64,000 bases of DNA from Tubulanus polymorphus (Eukaryota > Animalia > Nemertea), in contig NC_134031.1 in NCBI RefSeq assembly GCF_964204645.1, forward strand, positions 8,246,001 through 8,310,000, written 5' to 3'. A program made the position numbers and the translations under genes. The stretch's first letter is position 1; each line of letters starts with the position of its first letter. The notes under the pieces were generated by a model. That model was not told the origin of the DNA, made no database searches, and worked only from the letters and a program-made list of their open reading frames with translations. This document shows, piece after piece, positions 32,851-46,849 of this stretch.

Positions 32851-35800
32851 TATAGCTGCCAAGCAGAGATGACGGGTTTTCTGCAAAGCCATTCAGAAAG
32901 ATGGGAATTGTAGTAAATTGAAATATTGATACATAGAATAAAATGCATTGACAGATTCGAACCTAATATGCTACCACTGTGTAAACGTAAAATATGATCA
33001 GCTTTGAAACCGAACATACGCGGACGTACAATCAACAAATATTAATTTATTTGACCAGGCATTTATTTTGGCATTCAAACATCATGATACTGTATTATCA
33101 CCATGCTTAAAAATGGATCTGTCCTATTAAGATCTCATCTTAAGCACCTGCTGAGTCGATAGATTGAGTGAATTTACAGATAAGAACGTATTATGATTTA
33201 GAATAGATTTAAGAAGTTCATGTTTTTATTGAAATATTTGAATAAATACATATATTGTAGTGTAGATTCAATCAATAAATTATGAATTGATCTGGTCTGG
33301 GTTTCCGGCTGATGTTGATTTTGGCTTTTATGGATTACAAATTCTATAGTGATAAACAATTGATACCTGCAACATGTGTGTAAATCAAACCTATTCCACT
33401 AGTTGCGTGTGTTTCCTAATAAACGGGAAAGTCACTCTTGATCTGAGTTATTAGAAAAATAATGTTCATTTAGTTATAGAAATTCATTGCCTTTTTGGAA
33501 ATTCTGTAATAATATTTGTTCTGTCCTAATTTTTATTACTGTATGAACCAATGATATGCTTTGTAAATATGATGTAATAAAATAAATTTGAATTTGAATT
33601 AAATTTGAACATGAGAATCAAGCATAACTTGTGTTTTTTCAACTTGTCTTTTGTTCCAGAGTTTCAATTACAATCAAATCCAAATTGGCTAAAAAGTACA
33701 TAGGACTAAATGAAATGAACCGTTAGTTACTGCAAACCTATTCCAGTGTTATGTCGATCGTGTTGAATCACTTTCCTTGGGTTGAAAGAATCAGATCTTC
33801 TATGGTGCAACATCGGTCGAAGAGAGATATCTTGGTGTTGACTGTCCTTGACCATCTAACTGCATGCGTTTGACATTGGAATCAGCCATTATACCCATTT
33901 GAACTGCAAAATATTCATACAACATGAAAACCTACAGTACATGTATAAAGTAATCAAACTTTCACCGATGTTGGATATTTGAATGAACGTTGGGCTTATT
34001 TCAGTATTCTAAAGCAGGAAATAATAAGCTCAATCAATAGGCCCTATTCCCATTGGAACAATCGTATAATGCGTACGCTGTACTGTACACTTATCAGTCA
34101 AGAATGGAGAAATCGGTATACCAAACCTACGAACAGCAAAATGTACAGGCCTACAATGATTTCTGGTATACAAGCCGTGACCACATTGACTATTAATGTC
34201 AGCAGGTCAGAGAAGGCCTGGCCAAATTTAATCACATGGCTCAAATCAATTAGCCTTTTCTGGTGTAAATACTTCACTGTATTGTGGGATCATTCATTTA
34301 TTACGTACGCATAAGGGGAGGGGGGAGGTGTCAGGGCAATTACGTACTGTAATGCTTAATGTACATGAAAAAATGGCAGATTTTGCGTACAGAGGGAGAG
34401 GGGGTTGAAAAATTCAAATTTTATGCGTACGTAGTAAATGAATGATCCCTGTTTTAAAAATAGGCCTATCGAGTGAATTAGTACATAGACTGAATTAGAC
34501 TTTAGGCTAGTCCTGGCCAAATCCTATCCATGTTATAATTGCACCAGTTATAGTAACATCACTGTAGAGCCGACGAGAGGGAAAAAGTTGTGTTTGTAGT
34601 ACATAGGCATGGTAGGCTTGTCGTACTCACTTAATACCCGGTACTTAAAAGGCTGTTGTTACCTGTACGTGACTGTACGGTGATTTCTACAGGTTAGCCG
34701 TATGTGAGTATGTTGACGCTCAGACTTGCAATATTGGGATTCGAAACCAAACGAAAAAAAAATCCAGTTGTAGTCCAGTGATTTACCCACTGTGCCACAG
34801 AACGTAACTGCAGGGTGGATGAAATTTGATTTACAAATAGCCTAGCCTCACCTAACCCAAACTCTATTCTTTCACGCATGCACGTTTGCAGATTATAGGA
34901 ACTCACGGCCTTTTTAGGGAACTCACGTACGGTTAACCTGTGGATATCACCGTACAGTCACTAGCACGTACGGGTAACAACTTCGTACTTAAAAAATGGT
35001 ATTGGCTACTAGGAACTCACGTACGGTTAACCTGTGGAGATCACCATACAGTCACGTACCAGTAACAACTACGTACTTACTGGTATTGGCTACTATATAA
35101 TAGGCCTATAGACAAATAAATACCCGTACTGCGGTAGGCTTTCTTAGCTTCCACACTTCACAACCGAACCAACTGACCAACCAGTATATTTATTCCCAGT
35201 ACGCACCAACCGGCACAGGCCTAACACTGTTTGTCAACTGTGTGTACCGTAGTAGGCTATCGATAATCACCTGATACTTTTCTGTCGTTTGTTTTCTCTC
35301 TGAGACGAACGTAATTCTAGCAGCCCTCCGCAACTCAACGACCTTGATTTAAACTTGATCAATTCAAAATCTGTTTATTGACGCTTTTGGTTACATGAAC
35401 TGATCAGCAATATACTTAAATGAAATAACCGGAATAACAAGAAATAAAAAATATTAAAGAGGTAACAAACAAATGCCCGTAAACCTGTCAGACACACGAA
35501 CGCCGGACTCGTAAACTCTTGGACTCGGACCCGCTGAGCAATAAATTCATAATATTGACTTTGAAATTGATTGTGGAGAAGAGAGGGAATAATTCGATAG
35601 CTCTTCCTCATAAAGAAGAGAGAAATTTCGGAAAGAAAACACAACATGGCTACTAATTGAACGGAGCCAAATTTCCGATGTTTTCGGCTCGACAGTGCCT
35701 TTATAACGTGGATTTATCAAAATTCTCATGCAGTATCTGGAGATTGAAGTGAGCTGAAGGATATCATACGGATTGTATCGGCGACAGCGGTCAGGTAAGG

Positions 35801-35866
35801 AAGCCTTTACACTTTTAACAAAAACTGTGTGGAAAAGGGAAAAAAAAATAATAATAATCACGCGAA
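32851..35866 (-). mobile_element. ~3-kb non-autonomous Helentron family B, copy 1 (5' terminal inverted repeat missing)
   Basis: Near-identical direct repeat of 54228-57074; left hairpin gctgccaagcag plus subTIR gggttttctg. Confidence 0.85.
34286..34449. mobile_element. MITE inside Helentron B (also at 55662-55824)
   Basis: TIR gggatcattcatttattacgtacgcataa; TGT on both flanks. Confidence 0.75.
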
Positions 35867-36728
35867 AACGAAGGACGAATGTCAAGGACTACAATTTTGC
35901 AATTCAGTGAAGGCTTTTTGCAATCTTTCAAAGCAGGGGACCATCCATTTAGTACGTATGCACGATAGGGGAGAGGGGGTCTGTGAAAATGCATACAAAT
36001 GCGTAAAGGGGAGGGAGGGGGGTACGTGCCTCTGCATACGGTACGCACCTAATAATCATTTTTGCTCTTTATTTCAAGTTAAAAACTAGAAAGCAATGTT
36101 CTAAGAGGATGTCGTACGTACATAAAAAGGTAATTCTGTCATTTTCTCGGGAGTACGTTGTTATGTATATCCAAGTACGTCTATTTACGACGGGAGATTT
36201 TCAAAATTTTATTTTGTTCAAGATCACATCCTTTAGGTATCTCATCATTCACACCTTAAATCACTGAATGCCTTTTAAAAGCAGATAAATTACAGCGACA
36301 ATAAAACTCATAGAAAGTGAAGAAAATGGTTGTATCTTAGCATACTCAAACTTTAATGAAAATCTCTTCTAAAATATTACAATATCTTTTCTCTGTTAGT
36401 TTAGAAGTTTCTGAGTTGAAGAAGAGTTTTTAGCAATCCCTCAATTCATTGCAAAATGGATATAAAAACGTTGGTTTATCAACTGAGTCTCAATTATTCA
36501 GACTCAGTTTCACTGGTCGTATCAATACCAAATTGAGATATGTGCTAAAAAGTTTATCCCAAAAAAACCCATGTCAGACATAGACTGTAACAAATGCTCT
36601 CTTTGCAACTCTTTATTCTGTAATTTCGTTAATAATCAGCTGATCTACCTTTATTGTGCATTAATTTGTTCAGTAAGGATTTTGCATCCAGAAATAAACT
36701 CTAGTTTATATATATGTATATATAAACT

Positions 36729-38018
36729 TTAAGCCATTAATTGTGGACTGAAGTGAATAGAAAGCATATCTTTGAAGTGTTACTTTTTTCAACCGTGTTT
36801 TGGCCCTAGTCATCCCTAACGTTGGTATAAGCCCATCTGATTATAAAAAGCTTACCACCAATGATTAGGTAACTAACTAACGGCTTTAAAGTGCCGTTCA
36901 GCAGGTAAGACCAGTACAAAAACTCTTTCTTTGTGCGTACTACCGCTGAGTGGAACCAGCTGTCGCCTCTGTCAGTGATCAGGTGATTCCTGCACCTTCC
37001 AACAAGGCATAGGAAGACACTTTTAACGTCCTCGCACGCCCTCTCTCACCCGTCGTTATACGCCTAATAAGGATACTCGCCGTATATAATCAAGATCAAG
37101 ATCAAGAACTACCTTAGACTTAGTAGAAACTGGGGTTAGTCAGTAACCTGTCTGTGGTTTAGTTTCACGATCTGATATCTTCACAAACCACAGTCAGGAA
37201 TGGGAAGGTCATTTTTGTATGCAATCTTCGTCAGCCAATTTGACTGACGAGTAATTTGCCTGGCATTTCATTGTCTCTTAAGATATCCGTCTAATTTTTG
37301 TTGTAATCGACGCACAACAGATTCGTAGTTTGTCTGATACCTAACACCTCACCTGACGATCTTAATCCATGTGCAAATCGGCCGTAAAGTGAGAGTACAT
37401 TTCCGTCGAGACAACAGCTGCCATTTTGAAAATTACTGGAGGTACTGGCACCTGTGGACTGAGGCCAGGACAACAGCACAAAATAACAAAGCGAAACGAC
37501 GAAATTGAAAAAAAATTAATAGCGTATGAATAGCCTACGGAATTATTCGTACGGGTCCGTACAAGTAGCCACTTCGTTTTCAAAATGGCAGCTGTTGACT
37601 CGACGGAAATTTACTCTCACTTTACGGCCGATTTGCACATGGATTAAGATCGTCAGGTGAGGTGTTATAGGTATCAGACAAACTACGAATCTGTTGTGCG
37701 TCGATTACATCAAAAATTAGATGGATATCTTAAGAGACAATGAAATGCCAGGCAAATTACTCGTCAGTCAAATTGGCTGACGAAGATTGCATACAAAAAT
37801 GACCTTCCCATTCCTGACTCCTCTGACTGTGTCAGTGTGTGGTTTGTGAAAATATCCGATGGCGATCTAGTTAGTTACCTAATCGTTGGTGGTAAGCTTT
37901 TTATAATCGGATGGGCTTATACCAACGTTAGGGATGACAAGGACCAAAACACGGTTGAAAAAAGTAACACTTCAAAAATATACTTTCTATTCACTTCAGT
38001 CCACAATTAATGGCTTAA
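36729..38018. repeat. Large inverted repeat (arms 36729-37432 and 37577-38018), with a third copy of the core at 38332-38760
   Basis: The arms are near-perfect reverse complements apart from a LINE insert and small indels; the outer boundary is TTAA on both sides. Confidence 0.9.
36881..37107 (+). mobile_element. 5'-truncated non-LTR retrotransposon 3' end (RTEX/CR1-like) with an (ATCAAG)n tail
   Basis: Encodes DQYKNSFFVRTTAEWNQL (SFFxRTxxxWNxL motif); present in the left arm of the inverted repeat only. Confidence 0.75.
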
Positions 38019-41000
38019 TTCACAAACTAACACAGGTACCTTTCGAAATAATCCAATTTTATGTACGTTTCGAGTGATTAATCAACATTATTTTGAGAAA
38101 TTAATTAATTTCTCCACAAATTTCGCCATTGGCCGCCATTTCTCTGTATTGCACATGTGGCATGATAAGACAAGGGGACCTACAAGGATTTATATAAAAC
38201 TTTCAAGACGAAACGACAATTTTTATTTTTGATGGTTTTCCAACTTTTATTTCAAGTCTTCGTGTTTTCCATGATAAATAATGAAATAATAAATTTCTGG
38301 TAAAAGAAAAATGTGAATAAGTGTTGATTTTTTAATTTTTTTAAATTTCGTCGTTTCGCTTTGTTAGTTTGTGCTGTTGTCCTGGCCTCAGTCCACAGGT
38401 GCCAGCACCTCCAGTAATTTTCAAAATGGCAGCTGTTGACTGGACGGAAATTTACTCTCACTTTACGGCCGATTTGCACATGGATTAAGATCGTCAGGTG
38501 AGGTGTTATAGGTATCAGACAAACTACGAATCTGTTGTGCGTCGATTACAACAAAAATGAGACAGATATCTTAAGAGACAATGAAATGCCAGGCAAATTA
38601 CTCGTCAGTCAAATTGGCTGACGAAGATTTCATACAAAAATGACCTTCCCATTCCTGACTGTGGTTTGTGAAAATATCCGATCGTGAAACTAAACCACAG
38701 TCAGGTTACTGACTAATGGCGATCGTGAAACTAAACCACGGACAGACTACTGACTACTAGTAGGTGAACTCCAAAATTGATAGCTTAAAACTTACCAGCA
38801 AACTATATTCAAAACATCATTCGTCAAGAAAAGCGATAAAAATGCCTGGTTCTAACCGTCAACTGCTCGCTAACACTCCAACTTTTAAAACGATAAACAA
38901 AAACTTCAATAATCTCAAACAACGCCGTCTACAGGGCGGAAGAATGAAGTCGTAGGAGGGCAGCACGTGCTTATACTCTTTGTAATTATAGACTGATTAA
39001 AAAGAATTTTGAGTTTGGAAAATACCTTGTTTAATTCGTTACAATCACTATTTGCTACGATACCGTACCAATAATCTTTGTTTTCCGATTGGGAAAGATA
39101 TTTTATTTATGTCTCCGGAGCCACGATCGACACTAAAAAATGAGCCATTCTCTAGCTTCTCCTCGGGAGAGATCTAGACCTAACCTACAGCAATGGATCA
39201 CTTGAAAAGTTTAGATGTATCACCAGTAACGTAAACAGGAATAGATAACCATGCCACTGGTTGATTTAAAAGAATGTTTTAAAAATTAATGTTATAAGAT
39301 AATGTCTCAAATTGATTAGAAAAATCGTCCAAATGTTTAGGGAAAGAATGAAATTTAGAAGTAAGGGGGCTAGCATTGCGTGTTTAATTATAAAAACAAT
39401 AATAATTCTTAGGAAATACAAGTATATCGAAGATGGGATAAAATAACTATCAAGCAGAGTTAATGAACCATATTAATATAGTTGAAATTAATAATAAATC
39501 AGAAGACAAAGAGTCGGCTTATCTTCCTGTTTTGATTTTACAATAGGGATTGGATCCCCGTTGATTTATTTGGCTGGTAGATTTCGTTTGATTTTTCGAT
39601 CGAGTGTCCCTTACAGACCCACCACACCGGCCGGGAGCGAAACAGGGGGTTTGGATTTTGAAATCGGAAATCGTTGCAGTGGCGGATCCAGACCGTATTA
39701 GCCGTATTGCCCAACACGGTCTAGAATTTTTAAGTGCCCTTCGAAATTTCACCGGCAATATTTTGACGGCATTATTTCAGCAACCGCTAATTCCCATTAT
39801 GAGAATGCCGGTTTGCTAGCGTATCTATTTAACACCCGTATTGCTCGGGTTAGTTTTACTATCAACGGGTGGCGCTGTATGTAAATTTCACATAAATCAA
39901 CGACTTTCGGCTATTAGCGGTACTTAAGACCACTTGAAAACATCATAGTCAATTACGGTAGTAGTGAACATAAAAAGATACAGTACAAAGATACAGTACG
40001 GTGTACAGTTAAAGGACATGATTCCATAGGACCCATACCAGAGACATTTTGTTCAGACAAGGACTATTAGTTAAACACTAATCTTCATTATCAGCAATAA
40101 ACGATCTGGTGAATTAATTAGTGATTCGGTCTTTCGGTGGTTCGAGATAAAATGCCCGCAAAATAAGAACCTAACGAACCAGGGCTGACCACAAATTGCC
40201 CAACAGATAAATTTTCGAAACGACACAATCCAATCATGTTTGGTAACAAATGTGGCGTGGACCATGGTCTTTTAACTGACCAATGCATGACCAGTACTGA
40301 CCATATAGTAAATTATTTGTTTGCAAACAATTAAGTTGTTTGGTGTCAAATAACTAGATATGATGTGGGCATTAATCTAAAAATTGTTTAACTGACCAAT
40401 GCTTGACCAGTACTGACCAGTTACCAGTGCTAACCAGAACCCCCATAAGTAATTTATATGTCTAGTGAATCCTTCGTTGGTACTACTAGCTCTTACATTT
40501 AGATTTGTCGCTTGAAAAAGTCTTGTCCGATTTTTGTTGTAGGTAGCGAGCTAACTTTGAAATTCCGCTAAAATGCATAAGATTTTTACGTAGGGTTTTG
40601 AACGAACAACGTTTCCATTTGTAATTGTAACGTGCGCATTTGAGCCTGTAACGTGCACATTTCACTCGCGTGAACGTGCGTATCGGTACCAACATGCGAG
40701 ACTTGTCAAACTTTTACGATCAAGACTTTTAAACTGAACAAAGAAGATATCATATCATATTATATATACATGAATAGATGGAATGATAATGTAGTAGTTT
40801 TAAATGTTTCGTAGCTGCTGTCCACTGACCACAGATCACAGCTAATTGCCTGTCAATATGAAATATATTTTTGTTATAGAGATGTAGTAGATCAGTGAGA
40901 ATTCAAACTTATGGTTAATTTTGAGTGATCACAACGCTAACCAATAGAGAAAGCTGTAAGTGCTAAGAAAATATGCATTAAGTATAACATATCTTTCAAT

Positions 41001-41049
41001 ATAATGATGAAGTATTCAACTGGCCATCACAACAATAGTTTGACTTATC

Positions 41050-42900
41050 TTATTGAAAAAACCGGAGTGTTAATGGGAAAACCTTGAATTCGAAACAATT
41101 CCACACTCAATCGTTTACTTTGAAAACACAATTTGCATTTTGTGGACATGTATTTTTTTCTGCACCAAAAGCATGAAGTATATTATCTTTGCTTGTAAAA
41201 ATTTGAAATTTTGGGGAAGATTTTTGGCCTCGTTAACCTGCGGAACACGTCCTTCGTATATTTTCTAAGACCGACCCTTGAAATAATGCTGAGAGTTTCG
41301 AGGATAATTTTGGTAGGATGTAAACTTAGGCTGCTTCGTATCCGTGGAGGGTTGCTAATACACAATAATCATAAGTACCATGAGATTCGATAGAATATCG
41401 TTTTTCAATCATACGTACACGAATTATCGCGATATAAAGATAAATAATATGTTCATATACTTTTTACGTCTTATACTGTATATTTCTTTAGTAGTATAAA
41501 TAAAGAGTGGATCAGCAGGCCACCTGAGACCATTCCACGATCTAAGGTCAGTTGCCAAAAGTTAGTAAGTTTACCAGTGGATAGTTAACATTTATAATGA
41601 CAATTAAATTTTCATTGCTAAAATAACTTTGTACTTGTTGACTCAAAAGCAGAGAATTGAAAATACGATAATACGATATGAAAACTCAGTGTACAAATTC
41701 AAAAAGATTATCTCTAGTGAGAGATCGAACGTTGTGTCGTAATTTTCTAATGATAAAACATGGTTTGAAATTTGAAATGTGTACATAGTTGATCTTTTTC
41801 AATGTATTTAGTCATGTATCATATTGGATGATGGTTAATTTAAACTATCTTTTGAGAAACGGGTCCCAGAGCTGTATCCTTTACTCCTGTAATAGAGGAT
41901 GCAATCTATTTGCGACAAACAGCTAGTGCAAATAGCTAGAAAAGGTAACAATAGTGCATTGGCAAACTTAGAGCAAGCGTACATGTGTTGTTTAGGTTTT
42001 TCGAAGGGGAGAATTTGTGGGAAAATTAATCATTACTGAGATATATCCGTGGCGAGCTTTTCCAGGGATTTAAAAAGTTGAGCTGTACACAAGGAATTTT
42101 GTGTAGTCCAATATCCGTGATTGCCTCTGGCGTGGAGAGATACAATCTAAAACCAACCCTAGAGTCAAATATTTTACCACAATTTTTTATGATCAATAAA
42201 AAGATTGAGAAATAGACATTCAAACAGTATTATCTAAATTCCACTCCATTTTAAACTCATTCATCTCTTCACAAACTCCAACTTGTTGAACAGTCCACAT
42301 TAAAATTAGGGACCACTATTCTTGCTCATCTACACTGGCTACCAATCTAACAAAGGATTAAATTTGAGTGTTTGATGTTATAACAATATCAGACTGAAGT
42401 ATGGATTCGGTTTTTACTTTTTAATTGAACATTTATATCACATATTGGGCATCATTTTTACCAGTATATATTGAATAACCTATCCATATATCATCTTCAA
42501 TTTTATAAAATCTGACTTTTGAGATGTCATTCAATCAATGCATTCACATGCGGTCGTCGCTTTCAATAGCCACCACGGACTGGCTCCTTATTATTTCTTT
42601 GGTGATACCATTGGCGGACGATCCCACACGTTTCTTGCTCCAGCCCTAGAATGCTCAATATTCGTCACGAACCCCGATTTGAGTTTAAATTCAAAATACT
42701 CCTAAAACACACCTGTTAACTAGATTACTCTAAAACACCTTTATGTGCAAGAATCAGCGAAATTGGCGCTTTATCAGTTGTATTCATCATTCGTACCCAC
42801 GAATCTCGTATCGTATCCTATTAATGTGGAGACCCATCCTCGTAAAGAGAATGAATAGGCTCTGTTGCGTTCATATCATTTGATATGAGGCTACGTGTCA
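41050..42900 (-). pseudogene. Highly decayed piggyBac-like transposase
   Basis: Ordered motif remnants in shifting frames: DRLFNI (~42475), SVDEQ (42322-42336), VLDCISP and GYWTTQNSLCTAQLFKSL (~42060-42160), RRKKYMNILF (~41450), and C-terminal CFWC..CKLC..LSVELF (~41090-41180). Confidence 0.5.
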
Positions 42901-44849
42901 TCTTCAATTGAAATCACGTTGTTTTTTTAAAGGGTGGGCGAGAATATATTCTTATGTTTTTGTTTCTCTGAATGTTGCTATTTAAGAGTTCAATAATTTC
43001 AGTCTACCAAACAAAGGATTTTCCGTATGTTTCGTGACATGTTTTTCCATAACCCTAGGAGAGCATTTTAGGTATTTTTTTGCGGATGACCGAAAGCTGC
43101 TGTCCCTTTCTAGTAATTTGATGATATCCGTCGAAATCTAAATTCTAAAAAGGAATCAGGCATATCTTCTTTATTGACTAAATATGAACTCAACAACAAG
43201 TGACACTCCCTTCAAAGGCGCCGAAGTAAAATCATGTGTCGAGTGGAGATGATATTGTGTCAGAATTTCTTCAAAATCGGAGAAAATTGAATATTTTAAA
43301 AATAATCATTTTACATGTATGTTTAAATCCGTTATAACTGGAGCAATTTTCATGAAAAAATATCTATGGAATCAGCGAAATGTAATTAAGAGGAATACTA
43401 TGTTTAAAAAGTTATCAAAGACATTTGAAAAAAGTTTTCTGAATTCGTCAACTGTTAAACTAGTAACAACCAGATGTGTTCCCATTAAACCACCGACCGC
43501 GAGCCGAGTCGATGTGAGATGTGCCCTACACTGAAAATCTCAAGTGCTATACAACCGGTTTTTAGGTGCCTCTGAATGTCGGCCGTTAAAAAACTGAACA
43601 ATTCCCATTTGGAAAGGGCCTACGTAGTTAGAGAAAATTCAAGATGTGTATATCGTGTGAGATACAGGCTCCATATTTCATGTGCGTTTGGAATTTAACC
43701 TTGTTTATAACGAAACACGCATGTATTTATGCTATTTTAGATTTAAAAAGAGCGCACGAAAGTGTTTCATGAGACCCACAAATAACGTCAAGTTATTTAT
43801 GCATTTTTGATTTATATGAATAAATTTCGCTTCGAAATCTTAAAATTTCTCAGGTGGATTATTCAATAAATTCACAACAGTCCATTATGGATTAGTTTGA
43901 CGCCAATCGTTCTTTTAAAGATCTTTCTTTCTCGAAGAAAGATTTTCTTAAAAACTTTGATTATGGCGAATCTTTTATGTGTCCGATAGTTAAACCTTCG
44001 GGTATTATACTAGAACACAAATTTTTAAAGATATTCATAACATACTGAAGGATATCACAGGTTATACCCGAACATATGCAGTTGGATAGATCTTTTTGTT
44101 TCGACTCGCATGCGACAGTAAAAACGGTACTTGATATAATAAGTGAACTTCATCATTGATATTTTTACTAATCTACTTGAATTCCAAAAAAGAACTGACA
44201 ATGAAAAAGGGTTACAGCTGTGACTGATATCGCTCCAAATTTCAATTCCTATGAACACTTTTAATATAAAGACAACTATTAACGAAACAGTTTTTAGAGG
44301 CGAAGAATCCGCGTTACCATCGAATTTTCAAAACTTGAAGGAATGGTTAATGTCTCGGTGACCACTGGTCTAGTACGCGGTTTTCTGAAATGAAAGTGGC
44401 CAAGTCTAAAGAACAACTATTGTATCACATGATTTCAAATATTAGGAACCCAATGCGTTTAATGATTTAATTAATTGGTATCGCGCAGATTGGTTGAAAG
44501 ACGGGTGTTAGTCACCTTGTGATTTAATTGTTTTTCATGCATCGATTAATTAATCTTATAATAACTTATTTGTAGGCGCTTCCCGCAAACATTTTCTATT
44601 CGTTGAGTTTTCAAACGCAGTACTGTTCAGATGATTCGAGTCAAGTAGTAAAAAAGTTTATGTATTAGCATTACTATGCAGTGAAAATAACGCACTGCGG
44701 CAAGTGAGGTGCTGTGATCCAGATGTGTAACCCATTTATGGGTAATAAATTTCCATCATGTCAACGCCATTCAAAAACAGTAGCAAAACTTTCTGCTGGT
44801 TTCTAGAAATAGCAATACGACGACAAGCACTTTCGAATTCGACCACGAT

Positions 44850-45110
44850 ATTTAAGAAGTTTCACTGGTGGTCAGTGATGGTCAATTTATGAATTTTAAT
44901 GGCGAATCCTTTCTAGTTTCACACCAAAAGCGGTACCGGTATATCGTTCTTTCAAGAAGTTTCAATTGGTCAGTGGTGGTCAGTGATGGTCAATTTATGA
45001 ATTTTCAATGGCGAATCCTTTCTAGTTTGACACCATAACGCGGTATATCGTTTTCATATTCGAGAAGTTTTAATTGGTCATTGGTGGTCAGTGATGGTCA
45101 GTGATGAATT
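44850..45110. repeat. About 2.5 copies of a ~105-bp tandem repeat rich in tggtcagt; the inverse motif actgacca lies at 40270-40440
   Basis: aagaagtttca..tggtcagtgatggtcaatttatgaatttt..atggcgaatcctttctagttt repeated. Confidence 0.75.
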
Positions 45111-46849
45111 TGCAATGATGATTCCTTAGAGGTTTGAAAACAAACATTACATGATAAATTTCCGAAATTCGAAGTCAAGTGGTCAGACTCGGGGATATCT
45201 CAATTGGTCAGTTACTGACCATCATGGTGTCACCATTGTGGTCTATAGCTCAAATGAAACATGTGGAACCGACGAAGGGGCCCAAAAGCGTTAAGTCATT
45301 TCCTGGAGTGACGTGATCCAAAAATGCCCTAACTGGAAAAGGCAGTCTCTCAATTGGATGAAACCAAATCGGACAGGACAATTAAAATTTGGGAAGGCCA
45401 CAGGTAGTGGTCTTTCTACGAAGCCCACGCGGTGAGCGTATTATTATGAACCACCATATACCACGAAGTAATAAGCATCGTTGTAAGCACTTGAAACAGC
45501 CATTAACCACTTGAAACTGTCAGATCAAACATCATACCGCATCCCCGCAAAGAGGGGTGGTTCAGCAAACCGGAGTTTTCATTAGCCTCTCTAGACTACC
45601 CCGCCAGTACGGGTAGCCGAGCAAACCGGAAAACTCATAATGCGTGTCCGGAATCCGGGCATAATTATAAAATTAATCGGTAAATACTACTGCCGAGAAA
45701 GTGAGGAGAGATAATGATATTTGATATAAGGCCTTTAATCATGATAAATTAGAAAGGGCACTTTCCTTTTTCAAGGGGCACTCATGCTTTAGATGAGGGC
45801 ACCTTGTCCTTGCCTTTTCGGGGAGGGCTAAAGGGGCACTAGTACTTTAGAAGAGGGCACTATACGCGGAAAATGTTGAAGAAAAGGGCACTTTGCCTTT
45901 TCAAGGGGCACGCTCAGACTTTAATTCGCGGTGAATGCTGAAGAAAAAGGCACTTTTTTGCCTAATTCTTAAAATTTTAGGGGCACTTTTGGTTTGGAAT
46001 ACGGCACAAGACATACGGATAAATGTGAAGACGAGGCAATTTTTTCCGATTGTTAAAAAATGAAGGGGCACTTAGCCGTATTCTGTATAATTGTTAAGGA
46101 GCACATTTAAAGGTTATAGGGGCACTAGGGAAAATATAAAAAACAATGCCAGTGTTTTTCATGGGTGTCTTCTGTGAAATTCATTGTTGATCTTGGTTGG
46201 TGACAACTATTCTTTCATGGGTTCGTCAGCTTCATTTTTTATCCGCATCTGTTGAAATCTTGTCTCGGATTCGTTTATTCTGGATTGCTCTGCTAGTCTC
46301 TAAAAGCCTTTAAATGGTACCATATTTTCCAAATTTCATGGGGGTGGGCCCCCAGACCCCCCTCCAATGACTTCGCGCCTTTGGCGCTCGCATTGACCTG
46401 GATACTGGGTGTGCCCTAAGATCAGAAAGGTGCCCTTAAATTTCCTTCCAATACTGTCCACCTATCCCCCTGGATCCGCCCCTGCGTTGTGTGAAATTTT
46501 TTGTTTAAATCGATGTACATAATTGGAAATTCGGTTCCGGTTCATTCACAATCTTCCATTGCGTCTGAACCGGCAAGCGACTGATTGGGGTGGATTTTCT
46601 TGGGGCTGCCTAATTTAATGATCTTCGCTACGCATTTGAGGGTGGTTGCATCATTCGTGAGGATTTCCAAAGCTTCCAGTTCAAGTTTTCGTAATTGAAT
46701 TATAATTTTCGGAATTAGCAGAAAGTTTTCAAAGTCCTGTGCCATGGTAGTCTAATATTTGAAAGTTTTCGCATGGTGAAGCAAATCCATAGTCAAGACG
46801 TGTTCTATCGAGAGCCGAAAGTACGTCTGCACAGTAGAGCGGTGTATCT

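Larger units (their letters stand above)
39677..46484. mobile_element. 6.8-kb hAT-like TIR element with a 5-bp TSD (cgttg)
   Basis: cagtggcggatccag ... ctggatccgcccctg, with cgttg directly on both flanks and clustered gggcac/gtgccc subterminal motifs. Confidence 0.65.

Noticed and set aside
33979-34314. 111-aa and 142-aa ORFs (also 55355-55783) seen twice
   Set aside because: They recur only because they lie inside the duplicated Helentron; TTG start, no recognisable domain, and they run into a MITE.
34735-34800. tRNA gene (A-box and B-box on the minus strand)
   Set aside because: No cloverleaf; more likely a degenerate SINE head.
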